Shown piece by piece: positions 31,443-32,000 of a DNA stretch of 32,000 nt; the first letter of the stretch is position 1, and each line of letters starts with the position of its first letter. The notes under the pieces are model-generated. The model was not told the origin of the DNA. It saw only the letters and a program-made list of their open reading frames with translations, and ran no database searches. Origin of the DNA: Microcystis aeruginosa NIES-2549 (GTDB lineage Bacteria > Cyanobacteriota > Cyanobacteriia > Cyanobacteriales > Microcystaceae); contig NZ_CP011304.1 of the NCBI RefSeq assembly GCF_000981785.2, positions 330,001 through 362,000 on the forward strand. Direction: 5' to 3'. The translations under genes and the position numbers were made by a program.

Positions 31443-32000
31443 ATGATTAAGTTTCGTCCTCAAGACTGTCTAGTTTTAGTGGTTGATGATGTCAGTAAAA
31501 ATCTAGAATTGGCTGTGGAGATTCTTGATTCTGCTGGTTATGAAACTGCTTGCGCTAGTAGTTTTCAACAGGCAATAGAACGAGTAAAAACTGCTAATCC
31601 TGACCTAATTCTTCTTGACTTAATAATGCCAAAAAAGCGGGGGCTAGAACTTTGCCGAAGACTAAAAAGCGATAATTTATACGCTCATATACCGATTATT
31701 TTTGTAACAGATAGTAAAGAAAAAGAAGATATTATCAATGCTTTTAATTCTGGGGCTTTGGACTATATAACTAAACCCTTTCATAGTTGGGAACTGTTAG
31801 CCAGAGTTAAAATTCATTTAGAACTAAAAAAAACTCAAGAAGAATTAAAAAATATCAATTCTCAACTAGAAAAGCTAGTCAGAACTGATAGCCTAACTGG
31901 GGTAAATAATCGTCGAGAGATTCTCGCCTTGGGCGAGAAAGAATGGCAACGATGTCATCGTTATCATCGTTATTTTTCGGTTTTAGTCATCGATATAGAC
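31443..32000 (+). CDS. Response regulator receiver domain fused to a GGDEF diguanylate cyclase domain (partial; continues past the window end)
   Basis: Hand translation from ATG 31443: MIKFRPQDCLVLVVDDVSKNLELAVEILDSAGYE...DLILLDLIMPKKRGLELCRRLK...ALDYITKPF...RTDSLTGVNNRREIL...FSVLVIDID. The REC acidic pocket, the conserved Lys and the GGDEF-domain N-terminal motifs are all present. Confidence 0.85.
   Translation, partial: MIKFRPQDCLVLVVDDVSKNLELAVEILDSAGYETACASSFQQAIERVKTANPDLILLDLIMPKKRGLELCRRLKSDNLYAHIPIIFVTDSKEKEDIINAFNSGALDYITKPFHSWELLARVKIHLELKKTQEELKNINSQLEKLVRTDSLTGVNNRREILALGEKEWQRCHRYHRYFSVLVIDID

Noticed and set aside
1-32000. A search by eye for tRNA, rRNA, tmRNA, RNase P, riboswitch or CRISPR signatures.
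   Set aside because: I recognised none. This negative result is weak without tRNAscan-SE or Rfam scans.

Overview
The window looks like a cyanobacterial chromosome segment, most likely Microcystis. Supporting this: many HIP1 GCGATCGC sites, a form-IV RuBisCO-like protein of the type known from Microcystis, an AT-rich appearance, and a very high load of STRR-like short tandem repeats, palindromic elements and a MITE. The housekeeping flanks carry folE (partial), a Zn/Mn-type ABC permease, a CCB1-like membrane protein, a hotdog thioesterase, DUF1361, a GT39/ArnT-like transferase and a lumenal cyclophilin on the left. On the right are a RuBisCO-like enolase, serS, an M23 peptidase, a GT9, YceD/DUF177, a TPR protein, a Ski2-like helicase and a partial REC-GGDEF regulator. 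The centre (about 7336-21250, 13.9 kb) is an accessory region bracketed by direct repeats that I count by eye as about 97% identical. The left repeat is the intact cyclophilin gene with its flanks; the right repeat is a doubly deleted remnant of the same gene. Inside, four tightly spaced same-strand genes come first: a 1020-aa protein (two duplicated ~370-aa GT-like modules plus an FkbM methyltransferase), a coiled-coil FkbM methyltransferase, a polytopic GT-C-like membrane protein and a stand-alone FkbM methyltransferase. They are followed by a separately promoted, Cys-free, RTX-repeat surface (S-layer-like) protein of 846 aa. My leading hypothesis is a surface-protein glycan assembly and methyl-capping system, argued by architectural analogy only. 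The region also holds tandemly duplicated DUF4351 (Rpn-family) fragments interleaved with a palindromic element, a methyltransferase whose C-terminus is rewritten by a MITE with an 8-bp target-site duplication, and a near-perfect 70-bp x 8 tandem array with hairpin, promoter-like and U-tract features. I recognised no rRNA, tRNA or CRISPR.
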